DNA from: Listeria phage LIS04
Sequence record: OQ999172.1
Reading direction: 5' to 3' (one strand)
Length of the DNA: 40,000 bases
This document shows, one piece after another, positions 1-8,617 of the stretch (its first letter is position 1; each line of letters opens with the position of its first letter). The notes below the pieces were generated by a model. It saw only the letters and a list, made by a program, of their open reading frames with translations. It made no database searches and was not told the DNA's origin. The translations under genes and the position numbers were made by a program.

Positions 1-17
1 TTTTTTTTTGTCTATCC

Positions 18-50
18 GCTCTATTACAACCTGACTACACGTCTCTAGTA
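18..50 (+). promoter_or_regulatory. bipartite promoter-like element (divergent copy)
   Basis: GCTCTATT ... ACACGTCTCTAG, spacing 1 nt longer than consensus. Confidence 0.5.
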
Positions 51-129
51 CTGTAGGAGGTGAAATTCAGTGATTAATTGAATTGTACAATATAAGTAAT
101 GAGACACTAGTACAGAAAGGAGATCTAAG

Positions 130-594
130 ATGTCTGAAATCCTCATTGACATACCTAAGGACTTTTTGTCCGAAGTTACTAAAGTATTGGATTATCATAT
201 TATGAAAAGTGCAGCAGAGTACGAGTATTCGGACTTAGAGATCTACGCCAAGTGGTCTTCTTATTGTCTTAATTACGAAGGAGTTATCGATCTAGAGTTA
301 TTCGAATCTATCTATCAAAGGATCTACGAGTTACGAGGGACGTACCTGGAGGATATGAGAGAAGTAGTATCTGACGATTCGTTAGACAATATGAAACTTG
401 ATGAATTACTGCTAGATTTGAGCATCCAGATTCAACGTCTATCTGACGTAACGACTCAGCTTAATTCTTACATATTGAAAGCCTACAGTATAAAGGATGG
501 TAGCTACGACTCCTCATTACAGATTACGAATCATGTAGAGCCTAAACCTAAGACTAGACGTAGGAGACGTAAGAAGTCTGAGCAGTCAGAGTAG
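130..594 (+). CDS. hypothetical protein, basic C-terminal tail (PKPKTRRRRRRKK)
   Basis: ORF track; ATG after an AAAGGAG-type RBS; 154 aa; downstream of promoter-like element at 18-50. Confidence 0.75.
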   Translation: MSEILIDIPKDFLSEVTKVLDYHIMKSAAEYEYSDLEIYAKWSSYCLNYEGVIDLELFESIYQRIYELRGTYLEDMREVVSDDSLDNMKLDELLLDLSIQIQRLSDVTTQLNSYILKAYSIKDGSYDSSLQITNHVEPKPKTRRRRRKKSEQSE

Positions 595-626
595 AGTGCT
601 GTAACGCTCGTAATAAGGTGAACTCC

Positions 627-662
627 GCTCTATCAACGTTCCTCCAACGTCTATACTGGTGA
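627..662 (+). promoter_or_regulatory. bipartite promoter-like element
   Basis: GCTCTATC ... AACGTCTATACTGGTG, standard spacing. Confidence 0.65.
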
Positions 663-705
663 GTAAAACTTCTCCACTTGAGGAGTTATCCTAGGAGGAC
701 TTCCA

Positions 706-1323
706 ATGATCTTGTCTAGAAGAGCTAGAAAATTAGTCAAAGAGTTCAGAAATTTAGGAGCACCTAAATCTTCTATTAAATTCGTAAAGCAATTAAATCA
801 AAATAAATCATCTTTCAGAGGTCAATTATTCTCTCTTGAAGATTCACTTGAGTACGACTTAACTAACGCTAGAAGAAATACCTTGATACAAAATCATCCA
901 GTCATAAAAGATCTAGAGTTCATCTGTGACTCTGAGTTCGATCACTTCTACCAACAAGGTAACTTAGTTGACGGATCTGATAGTCAGGGATTCATCTTAG
1001 CTATGAACTTACCATTTTATGACTTTCACCAAGAAGCTGGACTTACCTTTAGTATCGATGGATACCGATCAACTGTTAGTCAGCTCCAAGTATCTTCAAC
1101 AATGCTACGTAAAGATGAGACTTACCTAGATAGCCGTATTTCGAATATTAGTGTTACGGACTACTCTGGATTCGTAGGTCCTGATATAGAGTCGTACAGC
1201 GTAGAGGATAAGAGTATAACTATAGTAAGTTCTTTAGAGTATGAATTCGACGGTGAACTTGACCATAGAGTTAAATTGTATTTCAATTCAGGTCATATCG
1301 TTAAGTGTGAAGTACTGAACTAG
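706..1323 (+). CDS. hypothetical protein
   Basis: ORF track; ATG after CTAGGAGGACTTCC; 205 aa. Confidence 0.75.
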   Translation: MILSRRARKLVKEFRNLGAPKSSIKFVKQLNQNKSSFRGQLFSLEDSLEYDLTNARRNTLIQNHPVIKDLEFICDSEFDHFYQQGNLVDGSDSQGFILAMNLPFYDFHQEAGLTFSIDGYRSTVSQLQVSSTMLRKDETYLDSRISNISVTDYSGFVGPDIESYSVEDKSITIVSSLEYEFDGELDHRVKLYFNSGHIVKCEVLN

Positions 1324-1376
1324 CTGAGGAGTCCTTGTGACTCCTTACTTAATTTGACGGATAAGCACGAAATTTG

Positions 1377-1411
1377 GCTCGATTGAGTTAGCATAGACGT
1401 TTATACTTGTG
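1377..1411 (+). promoter_or_regulatory. bipartite promoter-like element
   Basis: GCTCGATT ... AGACGTTTATACTTGTG, standard spacing. Confidence 0.75.
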
Positions 1412-1482
1412 CAAACGGGAAATCCTACAGCTAAGATAAACATCAGTGTTGTAATATCGCAAGCCAAAGGAGCTCTAAACTT

Positions 1483-1923
1483 ATGCCAATCTATCACGAT
1501 GAGTTATTTCACAATCAAGTTTCTCCAGGAGTCGAATTACTTAGTATCAAGAATAGCGTTATCGATACTGACACTGGTCGCATCAGCATCAGCAGAGGAG
1601 ATATATTCACGGTACGTAAGTTATCAAAATCTAACTTTAAGTCAGTAGAAGTACAAGGATCTAGCACTAACTTCTCAGCATCAATCGACACGCTCACAAC
1701 TCACTTTTGTAAAGTACTAACTCACCAAGAATATGCACAAAACAACTATGCTAAACAATTTATTACTAACGAAGAGTTAGAAGGTATGGATGACTACGGT
1801 ATTGATTTAGTCGAAGAAGAAGCAGAACTAGCTGAGTATTATGACGTTATGCAGTCTAAGTTGAATAAAGCTGTGAATGATGCAGCTTCTGAAGACTTTA
1901 AATCTAGTTCAAAACTTAAATAA
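1483..1923 (+). CDS. hypothetical protein, paralogue of the 2074-2376 product
   Basis: ORF track; N-terminus MPIYHDELFHNQVSPGVELL matches MTIYRDQLFHNQIREGLELV of the 2074 ORF. Confidence 0.75.
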   Translation: MPIYHDELFHNQVSPGVELLSIKNSVIDTDTGRISISRGDIFTVRKLSKSNFKSVEVQGSSTNFSASIDTLTTHFCKVLTHQEYAQNNYAKQFITNEELEGMDDYGIDLVEEEAELAEYYDVMQSKLNKAVNDAASEDFKSSSKLK

Positions 1924-1936
1924 TTTCAAATTATTA

Positions 1937-1971
1937 GCTGGATTAGGAGCTCGGTACACGTCTATAGTTGT
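1937..1971 (+). promoter_or_regulatory. bipartite promoter-like element (variant)
   Basis: GCTGGATT ... ACACGTCTATAGTTGTA, spacing +1. Confidence 0.6.
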
Positions 1972-2073
1972 AGATAGCGCTGAGTTCCTAACAAAGCACT
2001 TCTCTAAATCTTACTAAGTATATCGATAACTCAAGAGTTGTACTTTATACTAAATTAAGGGAGAGATTTTGAA

Positions 2074-2376
2074 ATGACAATTTATCGTGACCAATTATTC
2101 CACAATCAGATTCGAGAAGGACTTGAATTAGTAGTTAAAGAAGACTTCTGCTGCATGACTGATGACGGAGTGGCTAATTTGGACAAAGGTATGGTCGTGA
2201 CAGTGACTAACGTGATTGAGCTCGAAGATGAAGAAGGGATTGCTGTTAGAGTCCAAGGTGACTTCGAATTGATGACTATGATTGACTCTATCGTTGAGAT
2301 ATTTGATAGAGTTGTTGACCTTCATGAACTTCAATTCAACTCATACGCAACTCCACTTCATACTTCAGTTAATTAA
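2074..2376 (+). CDS. hypothetical protein, paralogue of the 1483-1923 product
   Basis: ORF track; RBS AAGGGAGAG upstream; shared N-terminal motif. Confidence 0.75.
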   Translation: MTIYRDQLFHNQIREGLELVVKEDFCCMTDDGVANLDKGMVVTVTNVIELEDEEGIAVRVQGDFELMTMIDSIVEIFDRVVDLHELQFNSYATPLHTSVN

Positions 2377-2404
2377 ATACAACACATAGGAGGAGATTCA
2401 CACT

Positions 2405-2752
2405 ATGAATCCAACAACTGAAATTAAAGAGAGCCATAAATTTGGCTACGAGATTATCGAAGCTCTTGGAGGCAAGTCGTCTATTGAAAGTAAGCTCAAC
2501 TGCAAGAGGTATGGCTACGCAAATAACACCTTCGTACTAATCCTAGATAATCCTGCAGCGGATAAAGTTGTGATTAAAAGAAAGCCTACTCACTTCACAA
2601 TTAGCTTCGAGAAAACTTTTACTGATAGTGATCTCTTAGGTCGATTTGAAAGTAGTAAAGTCGTCGAGTCGGGAGAATTCCTGATAATTGACTTAGTCAC
2701 TGGGCTAATCAATGACTTCTTCAAAACTGACTTCTCAGAAGGTCTACTATGA
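2405..2752 (+). CDS. hypothetical protein
   Basis: ORF track; AGGAGGAG RBS; 115 aa. Confidence 0.7.
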   Translation: MNPTTEIKESHKFGYEIIEALGGKSSIESKLNCKRYGYANNTFVLILDNPAADKVVIKRKPTHFTISFEKTFTDSDLLGRFESSKVVESGEFLIIDLVTGLINDFFKTDFSEGLL

Positions 2753-2907
2753 AAATAAACAAGATACGAAGTAAACTATATAAAACAGCTAGCTTACTAG
2801 GCGACATTAATGCAGTAACTAAAGGTCCTAAAGCTATAGTCAAGCGAGTTGCTCGAAAGGCTGTTCATCGTAAGACTGGTAGTTGGATTAATCGCTTATT
2901 TAAATAG
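2749..2907 (+). CDS. small very basic hypothetical protein (52 aa: MKINKIRSKLYKTASLLGDINAVTKGPKAIVKRVARKAVHRKTGSWINRLFK)
   Basis: Not in supplied track; ATG overlaps the previous stop (ATGA); continuous 52-codon frame to TAG at 2905-2907. Confidence 0.6.
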   Translation: MKINKIRSKLYKTASLLGDINAVTKGPKAIVKRVARKAVHRKTGSWINRLFK

Positions 2908-2939
2908 ATAATGTACAACTTAAGGGAGAGATTCACCTC

Positions 2940-3386
2940 ATGACAATATCAACACTACTTCAGACTGAAGAGTTCTCCGTAGTCAGCTACGGAGATCCTT
3001 CACCGTCCCTACATCCATTGGCTATTAATCGACTAGCCTACGAGAAAGCACTGAGTACTACGTCTACTATAGTTCGTAAGTGCAAAAGTATTACTCAGAC
3101 TGAGACTCACGTTATTGTTAACTTACTTATCGGCAGAGCTTATCAATCATTTAAGTACAAAATTTCAGATATTGCATCTCTCAGATTCAAAGGAGTGAAG
3201 ATGAGTTCCTCTGAACTAGCTGAAGTTCGAGGATTCTCTCATTGTTCAGAGTTATTCGATGCTGCTAAATTTATTGCTAATGATCTAGGATATACTGTAG
3301 GATGCTCCGTGATTGAATATAGAGATAAATACAAAGTAGAACTAGTCAAGGACGGAGTATCTAAATACTTTACTATTAAATTTTAA
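2940..3386 (+). CDS. hypothetical protein
   Basis: ORF track; TTAAGGGAGAG RBS. Confidence 0.7.
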   Translation: MTISTLLQTEEFSVVSYGDPSPSLHPLAINRLAYEKALSTTSTIVRKCKSITQTETHVIVNLLIGRAYQSFKYKISDIASLRFKGVKMSSSELAEVRGFSHCSELFDAAKFIANDLGYTVGCSVIEYRDKYKVELVKDGVSKYFTIKF

Positions 3387-3431
3387 TACATTACGAATTC
3401 AACTAGAGATGCAACATAGGAGAGGTTTAAC

Positions 3432-3827
3432 TTGAAAACTAAATATAAGATACAGGATCGTATAGAGTTCGTGTCTGCAGGAGTTAAGCATGTAGGATCT
3501 ATTACCTACTATAGTGAAAACTACTACATAGTAGAGGATGATACGAAAAATAAATATATCGTAGCAACTAAAGAGATCTTAGGTTATTGTAAGTCTAAGT
3601 TACCTTTAAAGTACAAAGAAGTACTAGACTCGATTTATGATAACCATTCAAGTAGTAGCTCAGTACTAATTGAGCTTAGTAAATGGCACAATCTTCAATT
3701 TATGGACAGTGAATGTGTAGAAATTTATAATTATATAAACAATACACCTGAAGGTTTGGAGAACTACTTGCTCTACATACTAGATAAGATTAATAACTCC
3801 AAGCTTTCTGAGGAGGTTACTTCATGA
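3432..3827 (+). CDS. hypothetical protein, possible small beta-barrel N-terminus
   Basis: ORF track; TTG start after AGGAGAGG; 131 aa. Confidence 0.7.
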   Translation: MKTKYKIQDRIEFVSAGVKHVGSITYYSENYYIVEDDTKNKYIVATKEILGYCKSKLPLKYKEVLDSIYDNHSSSSSVLIELSKWHNLQFMDSECVEIYNYINNTPEGLENYLLYILDKINNSKLSEEVTS

Positions 3828-4129
3828 CGAGACAAACTAGATCAAAATCGATTAAATCCTCAATCAAGTTCAGGATAGCTACTTTAGCACTACTAGTTAT
3901 AGTTCTCCTCGGACTATTATCTATAATCAAGTTATCTTACTCAGGATCAGGTCAATTAGTCGGAGCTACTGAAGACTCTAAAGGTCGAGAAGTCGTGATC
4001 ACTATGCCTAACGGAGTAGTTATGGAGACTTACGAATCTGCTATAGTCGAGAAGTCAGGTAGAACTTACTACGAAACTAAACTAAACAAGCTAGATATCA
4101 CAGGTAGTGATATTCAGTATAAGGACTGA
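3824..4129 (+). CDS. small membrane-anchored hypothetical protein (one N-terminal TM segment)
   Basis: ORF track; hydrophobic stretch IATLALLVIVLLGLLSII; ATGA overlap with previous gene. Confidence 0.7.
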   Translation: MTRQTRSKSIKSSIKFRIATLALLVIVLLGLLSIIKLSYSGSGQLVGATEDSKGREVVITMPNGVVMETYESAIVEKSGRTYYETKLNKLDITGSDIQYKD

Positions 4130-4134
4130 TCCCT

Positions 4135-4422
4135 ATGAAAGCTGTATTCATACTAGAACACTTGATGTCGGGTAATGAATTGTACCTTAAGCTTAGTGAA
4201 GATAAATCTGTCGTAACTGTAATCGGTTACGACAGTTCGACTAGTAAACTGTATAAGCATGAACTCGCAGCACATGACTGTAAGTTTACAATGAAATCAG
4301 TTGAAATGGAGCAATTCGATCCTACGTTCAGTGAGTTTACTAAGATAGCCGAGTCTATAAGTGACGAGGAGATACAATTTTTAAAAATTATGGGTAGTCA
4401 AAGTCTGGAGGTCTGTAATTAA
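4135..4422 (+). CDS. hypothetical protein
   Basis: ORF track; 95 aa. Confidence 0.6.
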   Translation: MKAVFILEHLMSGNELYLKLSEDKSVVTVIGYDSSTSKLYKHELAAHDCKFTMKSVEMEQFDPTFSEFTKIAESISDEEIQFLKIMGSQSLEVCN

Positions 4423-4763
4423 TGAGAAAATACGTAGTAAGTGAAGAAGTGTATCAAGCACTCAACTCACTTCTTGATAAGCATGATAAAGATGTTAAGA
4501 AGTTACTAGAGGAACACTTGTGGCGCTTGTCTGGTAAAGGAGGTGAGTACCGTGATGAACTAGCTCCGCTCAATACTATTAATATGACAACAATGACATT
4601 TATTATGCACTTGGGCTACGAAAAGTCACCGACTCAAGATGAGGTGCTAAAGTCACTCAACGAGTACCAAGACCTGATTTCAGGACTTGACGAACTCGAC
4701 TGGGATCACCAAGGCGCAGCGATTGCAGCACTAAAGAGGATTTTGGGTAAAACAGGCATCTAG
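4422..4763 (+). CDS. hypothetical protein
   Basis: ORF track; overlaps previous stop by one base; 113 aa. Confidence 0.65.
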   Translation: MRKYVVSEEVYQALNSLLDKHDKDVKKLLEEHLWRLSGKGGEYRDELAPLNTINMTTMTFIMHLGYEKSPTQDEVLKSLNEYQDLISGLDELDWDHQGAAIAALKRILGKTGI

Positions 4764-4785
4764 ATTAGACAGGAGGACTTCATAC

Positions 4786-5658
4786 TTGAAGCAGTATCAA
4801 GAGCTACTACGACACATACTAGACCAAGGTGAGTACAGAGCAGATAGAACTGGCACTGGAACTCTCTCAATTTTCGGTTATCAAATGAGGATTGATCTGA
4901 ATGAAGGATTCCCATTACTAACAACTAAGAGAGTACACTTTAAAAGTGTAGTTTATGAACTACTTTGGTTCTTAAGCGGACGTACTGATATTAAGTTCAT
5001 GGTTGACAATAATGTGAACATTTGGAATCCTGATGCTCACAGGTGGTACAAGTCAACTACTAAAACTGATATCTCGTACAAGGACTTTGTAACTGAATTA
5101 CGGAATGGCAGCTTAAATGTTGACTTAGGTCCTATTTATGGTAAGCAGTGGAGGAAATGGAGTGATACTTCATCAGATTATACTGATCAAATTAAAAGTG
5201 TGATTGAGAGTATTAAAACTGACCCTACGAGTCGACGTCATGTAGTATCTGCATGGAATGTCAGTAAGTTAGGAGAGATGGCTCTTCCTCCATGCCATGT
5301 AATGTTTCAGTTCTACGTAAGTAATGATAACAAACTGAGTTGTCACTTGTATCAAAGAAGTGCGGATGTATTCCTTGGATCTCCATTCAATATAGCTTCC
5401 TATAGCTTGTTAGTACATATGATTGCGAATGAGTTGAATCTTAAAGTAGGAGAATTTATCTACACTTTAGGAGATGCTCACTTATACAAGAATCATATAG
5501 AACAAGCTCAACTTCAGATATCTCGGAGTCCAAAGCAGTTACCTAAACTAGAAATTAGTCCTAATAAGTCAGTATTGGATATTGAAGCGTCAGATATTAA
5601 ATTGATCGACTACAATCCAGACTCACCTATTAAGGGTGCAGTATCTGTAGGAGTCTAG
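4786..5658 (+). CDS. thyA: thymidylate synthase (ThyA family)
   Basis: Family motifs RTGTGTLSIFGYQMRIDLNEGFPLLTTKR, WQIW-like WRKWSD region, ALPPCHVMFQFYV (catalytic Cys), QRSADVFLGSPFNIASYSLL, GDAHLYKNHIEQ; TTG start after AGGAGG. Confidence 0.97.
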   Translation: MKQYQELLRHILDQGEYRADRTGTGTLSIFGYQMRIDLNEGFPLLTTKRVHFKSVVYELLWFLSGRTDIKFMVDNNVNIWNPDAHRWYKSTTKTDISYKDFVTELRNGSLNVDLGPIYGKQWRKWSDTSSDYTDQIKSVIESIKTDPTSRRHVVSAWNVSKLGEMALPPCHVMFQFYVSNDNKLSCHLYQRSADVFLGSPFNIASYSLLVHMIANELNLKVGEFIYTLGDAHLYKNHIEQAQLQISRSPKQLPKLEISPNKSVLDIEASDIKLIDYNPDSPIKGAVSVGV

Positions 5659-5670
5659 GAGGTACGTATC

Positions 5671-5799
5671 ATGTCTAAGTTATCACTCATTGATACTAAA
5701 GAATTACTAGCTTCTTGTTTTGACTTGAGTCCTACTCAATCGCAAAAACTGTTAGACGACATATTGAGAGTCGCCTCAGAACCTGAGGACTCTGAATAA
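5671..5799 (+). CDS. small acidic hypothetical protein (42 aa)
   Basis: Not in track; TAGGAGGTACGTATC-ATG; reads MSKLSLIDTKELLASCFDLSPTQSQKLLDDILRVASEPEDSE to TAA. Confidence 0.55.
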   Translation: MSKLSLIDTKELLASCFDLSPTQSQKLLDDILRVASEPEDSE

Positions 5800-5906
5800 T
5801 CCTTAGTTTACTAAGTATCTAACACTACTGTAGTCGGTACTAGCTCGAGTAGTTCTATAAATTCGTATATTGAGGCTTATACTTCGAAAGTAGGGATACG
5901 TTGAAG

Positions 5907-6353
5907 TAGGACTGCACCTCTGATTCATCAGTAGGATGAACTCAGCATGGGAGGTAGTCTTAAGATGCCATACGATTTAGGATTGCACGAGACTGAGCTA
6001 GTACAGTTAGCTACTGCTATCATTAAAAGTGATTATAAGTCATTTTCTAAGATAGCTAATTCTAAGCCGTATTCAGTTCAAGATCTGGATCGAATAATGC
6101 AGACTGTAGTCGATACTATGATGAGTCATGGTCTTCGAGTTACGTCAAGTCAAGTCGAATCCTGGATCTTGAACCTGAATTCTTGGGGATACGACTACTA
6201 GAGTTTCTAATTTTTATAATTATTGACTTCTTTGTTTAATACAGTCGGGAAGTAGAGTGAGGTCTGATCCAAACGTAATCCTCCCTACTTCACTAGCAGA
6301 TATCAGTAGATAGATAGATAGAGATAGCTTTTATGTGCAGAGGTGCAGTCCTA
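5907..6353. repeat. 16-bp perfect inverted repeat (TAGGACTGCACCTCTG at 5907-5922 / CAGAGGTGCAGTCCTA at 6338-6353) flanking one small ORF
   Basis: Direct reading; the arms are exact reverse complements. Confidence 0.85.
5947..6201 (+). CDS. hypothetical protein (84 aa)
   Basis: ORF track; possible internal ATG start in frame (GGGAGGTAGTCTTAAG-ATG); flanked by a 16-bp inverted repeat. Confidence 0.6.
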   Translation: MGGSLKMPYDLGLHETELVQLATAIIKSDYKSFSKIANSKPYSVQDLDRIMQTVVDTMMSHGLRVTSSQVESWILNLNSWGYDY

Positions 6354-6424
6354 TTTCCTAGGTTCAGACCAACTTCTTCCCTGAATTAAACATTACATCT
6401 TAGAAGATACAGGAGTGAGTTATA

Positions 6425-7087
6425 GTGATTAAAAATGTAAGAGAAGAAAAGTACAAAGATAGTAAGATTATCAATAAAGGAATCTCAATTGTATCTGCAG
6501 TAGATACTTATATTGATTCACAGGATTTACCTGAGTCAGTTGTTAAGCTAAGTGCTCCTTTAAAAGAGAGTATCCTAGAACTTAAATCATCTGCGGTTAA
6601 TGAAGGTATCGTAGCTGACGAGTTAGAATTCACTCCGAAACGTACAGACTTAATTGAGTCTGTAAAGCAGCTACTTGAGTTCTTCGAAGAGGATCGAAAA
6701 GAGCTTGAACTTAGTAGCAGTCGAGAATCTTACGATACTTACGTGATCAAGCCAATGACTGAGTTCCTTAGTAAATTGGAGTCCTTCGTAAGTGAACTAT
6801 CTGAGGAAGAAGCACTCGAGCTAACTGAAGTATTTGGTCTCCAACCAGTTAATTTTAAAGGTGAGGTAGGTACTGCAGCTCGTAATCTCCTAAATGCTGA
6901 AAAGTCCATTACTGACGACTTGAAACTATTACGTAGAGCAATTCAAAAGAATACTCCTAGGACTCAACTGCCAGCTACTCTGAAACAGCTAGACGCTATA
7001 GCTAAAATCTTTGATGCTACTTTCGATAAAGCTACTAAAGAGCTAAAATCATTAGTTAGGGACATATCTACTACAAAAAGAAAGTAA
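6425..7087 (+). CDS. hypothetical protein, predicted alpha-helical
   Basis: ORF track; 220 aa; GTG start at 6425. Confidence 0.7.
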   Translation: MIKNVREEKYKDSKIINKGISIVSAVDTYIDSQDLPESVVKLSAPLKESILELKSSAVNEGIVADELEFTPKRTDLIESVKQLLEFFEEDRKELELSSSRESYDTYVIKPMTEFLSKLESFVSELSEEEALELTEVFGLQPVNFKGEVGTAARNLLNAEKSITDDLKLLRRAIQKNTPRTQLPATLKQLDAIAKIFDATFDKATKELKSLVRDISTTKRK

Positions 7088-7100
7088 GGAGTGACTAGTT

Positions 7101-7475
7101 ATGAGTTTCGTACGAAGACATAACTCTAATTCATTAAACGATTTTATTCGTACTAATTTAGAAGTACTCAACTCTCCTGAGTTTGATGACTCTAGAATTC
7201 AAGGTATCATCGATGTGTCCTCTAGAGGTCAAGCTGACTCGATCTGTCAGGAGATAGATAATTTAATATCATCACTAAATAAGATCAAGAATGAAGTAAG
7301 AGCTGAAGGCTCTATCGATGAGAGTGCTGTATCATCCTCGATTACCTACAGTCCTGCAAGTGCTAAAACTGAATCCTCCGATTCAGAATTATTAGCACCT
7401 CGTAAGGGTGAAAAATATAGGAGTTCTCTATCTGAAGCTATCAAGATGACTAATACTCCATCTGGATTAAGTTAG
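7101..7475 (+). CDS. hypothetical protein
   Basis: ORF track; AAGGAGTG RBS. Confidence 0.7.
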   Translation: MSFVRRHNSNSLNDFIRTNLEVLNSPEFDDSRIQGIIDVSSRGQADSICQEIDNLISSLNKIKNEVRAEGSIDESAVSSSITYSPASAKTESSDSELLAPRKGEKYRSSLSEAIKMTNTPSGLS

Positions 7476-7486
7476 GAGGATTAATA

Positions 7487-7774
7487 ATGGTGCGTGAACA
7501 GAAACTGATGTTTAAAACTAAGAGTACTCAAGTATTTGAATTCCTCGACTCCGTATTACAGACAACTCCTATGTTAGGAGACCGATATAAGATTAACAAT
7601 CTATGTCACGAAGTTATCGAGAAGGACTATAAGTACTCAGAATCTGACTCTAGTGCTTATACGTACGAGGTTATCGTTACTTTGAAGTTAAAAGAAGATC
7701 AGTGCGACTCAGTATGTCGATCTACTCGTAAGTTTTACCAAACAGGATCACGAAACCATTACTCGTACTCATAA
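7487..7774 (+). CDS. hypothetical protein
   Basis: ORF track; TTAGGAGG RBS. Confidence 0.65.
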   Translation: MVREQKLMFKTKSTQVFEFLDSVLQTTPMLGDRYKINNLCHEVIEKDYKYSESDSSAYTYEVIVTLKLKEDQCDSVCRSTRKFYQTGSRNHYSYS

Positions 7775-7802
7775 CTCTAAACTCTGCAGGAGGCATGTCA
7801 TC

Positions 7803-8153
7803 ATGAGAAATATCACTCAGAAGATCCTTGAGTACTACCTAGTAGATCAAGATCCTCACTCATCACCTTTATTACGAATCAAAGGTACTTCAAGTACTCC
7901 TGATGAGTATGATGAAGTCGTCATAGATGAAGTTCCTTATCAAGTTGTTAGTCGAATGATCGAGTACGTAAAAGGGTCAGATTCGGAGATAACTGAAATA
8001 ATTAAGTTGACTCTAGATCCTATACCTGAGTACTTCGAAGATGAGTCTGAGCGGATGCTTGTTCACTATAAGTGCTTCAATGTGAGCAAAAGCACTAACA
8101 TTACAGATCCTGGAGTGATAATGCAGATCAAAGAAGCTATAAATCCTGAGTAA
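7803..8153 (+). CDS. hypothetical protein
   Basis: ORF track; GCAGGAGG RBS region. Confidence 0.7.
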   Translation: MRNITQKILEYYLVDQDPHSSPLLRIKGTSSTPDEYDEVVIDEVPYQVVSRMIEYVKGSDSEITEIIKLTLDPIPEYFEDESERMLVHYKCFNVSKSTNITDPGVIMQIKEAINPE

Positions 8154-8194
8154 CTTTAGGGAGTAGGCAGTTTAATGCCTAGTCCCTTTTACAG

Positions 8195-8241
8195 TTTAGC
8201 GAAATTTAGCAAATTAAGAAATTAATTTAGCGAAATTTAGC
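8195..8241. repeat. two direct copies of TTTAGCGAAATTTAGC (8195-8210, 8226-8241), start-to-start 31 bp; candidate operator
   Basis: Direct reading; exact 16-nt duplicates, the second overlapping the upstream box of the promoter-like element at 8240. Confidence 0.7.
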
Positions 8242-8274
8242 TCATTTACCCGAACCTAGACGTTTATAGTGGTA
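8240..8274 (+). promoter_or_regulatory. bipartite promoter-like element upstream of sigma-like gene
   Basis: GCTCATTT ... AGACGTTTATAGTGG, standard spacing. Confidence 0.65.
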
Positions 8275-8617
8275 CAGTTGGGTTCGAGTAGCTCATCTAG
8301 TTAGTTACCTAGGAGGTGAATTAATGAAATAATCCTCTTGACTTTTACTACAATAACACTCTGACACCTGAGAATTTGACTTAACATAATTTTTAATTAA
8401 CTCTAAGGAGGTAGCTTCTTAGTTAGAGCTGAGACATTCTAAAGTCTAGATAAACTAAGAAACTTGAGAGAATGTACTATACTAAAACTAATTCAATCTC
8501 AAATATTGCCTTTACTCCTCAAATGCAGCACAATAAGCTTAAAGAAACTTTAGAATTCGAATACGTAGAAACAATCGTGGTTGGTTGTTCTATGGTATAC
8601 TTGGAGGTATAAACTTA

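Noticed and set aside
1-9. Poly-T run at window start
   Set aside because: Probably the tail of a terminator or simply the window edge; the upstream half is not visible.
1409-1648. Track ORF MQTGNPTAKINISVV...
   Set aside because: Overlaps the better-supported 1483-1923 CDS in another frame, lacks an RBS and covers the leader of a bipartite element.
8338-8390. Sigma-A promoters at the TTGACT motifs in the 8338-8381 region
   Set aside because: No -10 at acceptable spacing from either TTGACT; CATAAT is too close to the second.
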